The position numbers were made by a program, and so were the translations under genes. A DNA stretch of 64,000 nt from positions 46,996,001 to 47,060,000 of the forward strand of contig NC_135668.1 of NCBI RefSeq assembly GCF_964188315.1, read 5' to 3'. Below, piece after piece: positions 62,093 to 64,000 of the stretch. The notes below the pieces were generated by a model. It was not told the origin of the DNA. It searched no databases and was given only the letters and a program-made list of their open reading frames with translations. Origin of the DNA: Podarcis muralis. Its lineage: Eukaryota. How positions within the stretch are numbered: the first letter of the stretch is position 1; every line of letters starts with the position of its first letter.

Positions 62093-62238
62093 CCAATTCA
62101 TCATGACCAAACCCATATCACGAGCTTTTTACAACACCCCTGAAAAGGCTGGCCTACAGTTCCAATCACACCCCAACGGTTGGCCATGCTGGCAAGAGCT
62201 GATGGGAGTTGAAACTCCACTCTTGGGCTCAGTCTTAC

Positions 62239-62339
62239 CTTTGTTATGAGACATGGCGTACAGGAGGCACAGCACAAAGAGAGCGTAGTAATCAAATTCA
62301 GCACATTCCAGGGCATTATACACCATCTCAAGGAAAGGC
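62239..62339 (-). CDS. CLEC16A: CLEC16A exon (~13): PFLEMVYNALECAEFDYYALFVLCLLYAMSHNK
   Basis: 101 bp; ctttcttccag| and |gtaaga; lies within ORF 62129..62428. Confidence 0.96.
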
Positions 62340-62404
62340 CTGGAAGAAAGGGGGTGATGAGTGTTTGTGAGGGGAACATTCCAGCAGCCATGTATCAGGA
62401 CCCT

Positions 62405-62510
62405 ACAGGTAATGGGACCCCTGACCATTATGTCCAGCCACAGACGACTCTGGGGTTGCGGCGCTCATCTCGCTTTACTGGCCGAGGGAGCTGGCATACA
62501 GCTTCCGGGT
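62405..62510 (-). mobile_element. 5'-truncated Sauria SINE (subfamily B)
   Basis: Only the last ~105 bp are present. Confidence 0.85.
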
Positions 62511-62924
62511 AATTATAACTAAAGCACACCCTCAATGTACACGATGCTTTTACAAAGGGCGAGAGGAGACGTTTCCCACTCCATTTTCCAGGAAGGGGAC
62601 TGAACTGCTCCATTCAGAGACTCAGGAGCGTCGCTTAACACCACCAGGCTGCTTAAATGCAAGAGGCAGCACTTCAAACTAGAAGGTGTGCTGGAGATTA
62701 CGTGGGCCTCAATTTGGCCTTCAGCTGCGGCACTAGCTAAAATAGCGGCTTGGCAGAGGGAGGAAAAGCAGAAAAGATAATTACAAGTGGTACTCCGACT
62801 CCCATCAGCCCCCGCCAGAATGGCCCAGAGTGAGAGATGCTGGAAGCTGGGCATCCCAGCATCATTTGGAGAACCTAGTGTTCAGGTAGGAGCTTGGCTG
62901 ACAGTGCCAAATCTACTCCCGTAC

Positions 62925-63030
62925 CTGTTCCAGTTTGACATTTCGGAAGCAGCTGCGCTCTTTTCCTCATCCGTGATGTTTTGCTCAGTGACAGACAACT
63001 GGCATCGGTCCATGATGACCATCTCGATTT
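62925..63030 (-). CDS. CLEC16A: CLEC16A exon (~12): EIEMVIMDRCQLSVTEQNITDEEKSAAASEMSNWNR
   Basis: 106 bp; acceptor tttccacag|, donor |gtacgg; phase 1 to 2. Confidence 0.93.
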
Positions 63031-63522
63031 CTGTGGAAACAGCAGCTCATTTAGAAACATTTCTAGGGAGATTGTACTTGTTAAGAGTCTGCAGGGGTAG
63101 TCAGAGGTTAATGGCTTATCTATTGCCCATTGGAATTCTTGCAAAGGCTGCTGGTCTGGTCTGATAATGCTTTTCTTAAGAAAGAGCACTCAGGATCACT
63201 TAGAACAGAGTTGTTACATCTTAACAGTGAAGAGGTCCTATTAACTACTGATTTATAAACTTAACACATGACGATGGCTCACAGGGATTCTAGGTTTTTT
63301 TAATAAGAGAGAGGAGGGGTAGACAGAAGGAAAGTAGACCATGTACGACGTCACTTCACCTTACATAGAGGTACAGAAAACAAAAGGTGAATTGTATGTT
63401 ACCTTTTATAGCTCTGCAAGAGAGTGTTTCAACTTAGATGATTCACAAAAGTGTTACAAGCAATAAACAAAGGGTGCTTGAGGCAGAATTCCATATCGAG
63501 CATTGGTCACAAGGCAATCCGT

Positions 63523-63662
63523 CATAGAATCATAGAATTAAAAGGGACCACAAGGGGCATCTAGTCCAACCCCCTGCAATGCAGGAATCTTTTGCCCAAC
63601 ATGGGGCTTGAACCCACAACTTTGAGATTAAGAGTCATCTGCTCTACTGACTGAGCTACCAA
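63523..63662 (-). mobile_element. SINE with tRNA-Lys(CTT)-like head and CR1-type tail
   Basis: Minus strand tagctcagtcagtagagcagatgactcttaatctcaaagttgtgggttcaagccccatgttgggc, then the same tail as the 22631 and 57372 copies. Confidence 0.82.
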
Positions 63663-63892
63663 GGTGCATTCCCTTTATTAGGGTCAACTGACAGTATTCA
63701 GGTCATGAGACAAAATAATAGGGAGTTAACAAACCCAAAATTAACCAAGTGTGGGAAACAAGTTCTGTTCTCCAGAGGAGAATCATCCATTGCAAATCAA
63801 GCCACACAATGTATCTCCAATGTGCACAAGATAACCCCCCAGTAGGAATTGGTGAATTACTGGTTGTGGTTTTCATTTACTGGCATGCTTAC

Positions 63893-64000
63893 CTTCGCTC
63901 TCCCCAGTGGGCTTGATGCCTTTGGACAGGCCCTCTGTGCCTTCTTGGGCGTCTTCTGGCCCCCTCTCTTCCTCTTCATCCTCCCCAACGTTCTTATAAT
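63893..64000 (-). CDS. CLEC16A: CLEC16A exon (~human exon 11), 5'-partial: YKNVGEDEEEERGPEDAQEGTEGLSKGIKPTGESE
   Basis: Manual translation; donor G|gtaagc at 63892; phase 1. Confidence 0.93.

Larger units (their letters stand above)
3550..64000 (-). other. CLEC16A: CLEC16A gene, 3' portion (5' end lies beyond the window); endolysosomal autophagy/mitophagy regulator
   Basis: 13 exons translate in continuous phase with GT-AG boundaries into peptides matching human CLEC16A as recalled (e.g. KPMNVEYLMMDASILLPPTGTPLTGIDFVKRLPCGDVE; QRFLAVDIYQMSLVEPDV..LGWGVVKFAGLLQ). The 3' end depends on which terminal exon is used. Confidence 0.97.

Overview
This is vertebrate genomic DNA, not prokaryotic. The Sauria SINE, L2, BovB and MITE content points to a squamate, probably a lacertid lizard (inference). 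The window is the 3' half of CLEC16A on the minus strand. I traced 13 exons matching human exons ~11-23 by hand, with GT-AG boundaries and continuous phase from the right edge to 10811. After these come several candidate terminal exons at 4.6-3.55 kb. The introns hold many SINEs, LINE 3' fragments and hAT/Tc1-mariner MITEs, and there is one 167-nt assembly gap. The main observations are: (1) a 2.4-kb TSD-flanked non-autonomous hAT element in the 26.5-kb intron, carrying a 109-bp GC minisatellite, hairpins, a one-ended mariner-type element and a promoter-like CpG-rich cargo; (2) an apparent homologue of the mammalian terminal exon that is out of phase with the upstream exon, between two in-phase alternative last exons; (3) a paired NF-kB motif and other immune-type motifs in the last two introns. 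Human CLEC16A comparisons are from memory, and no database search was run.
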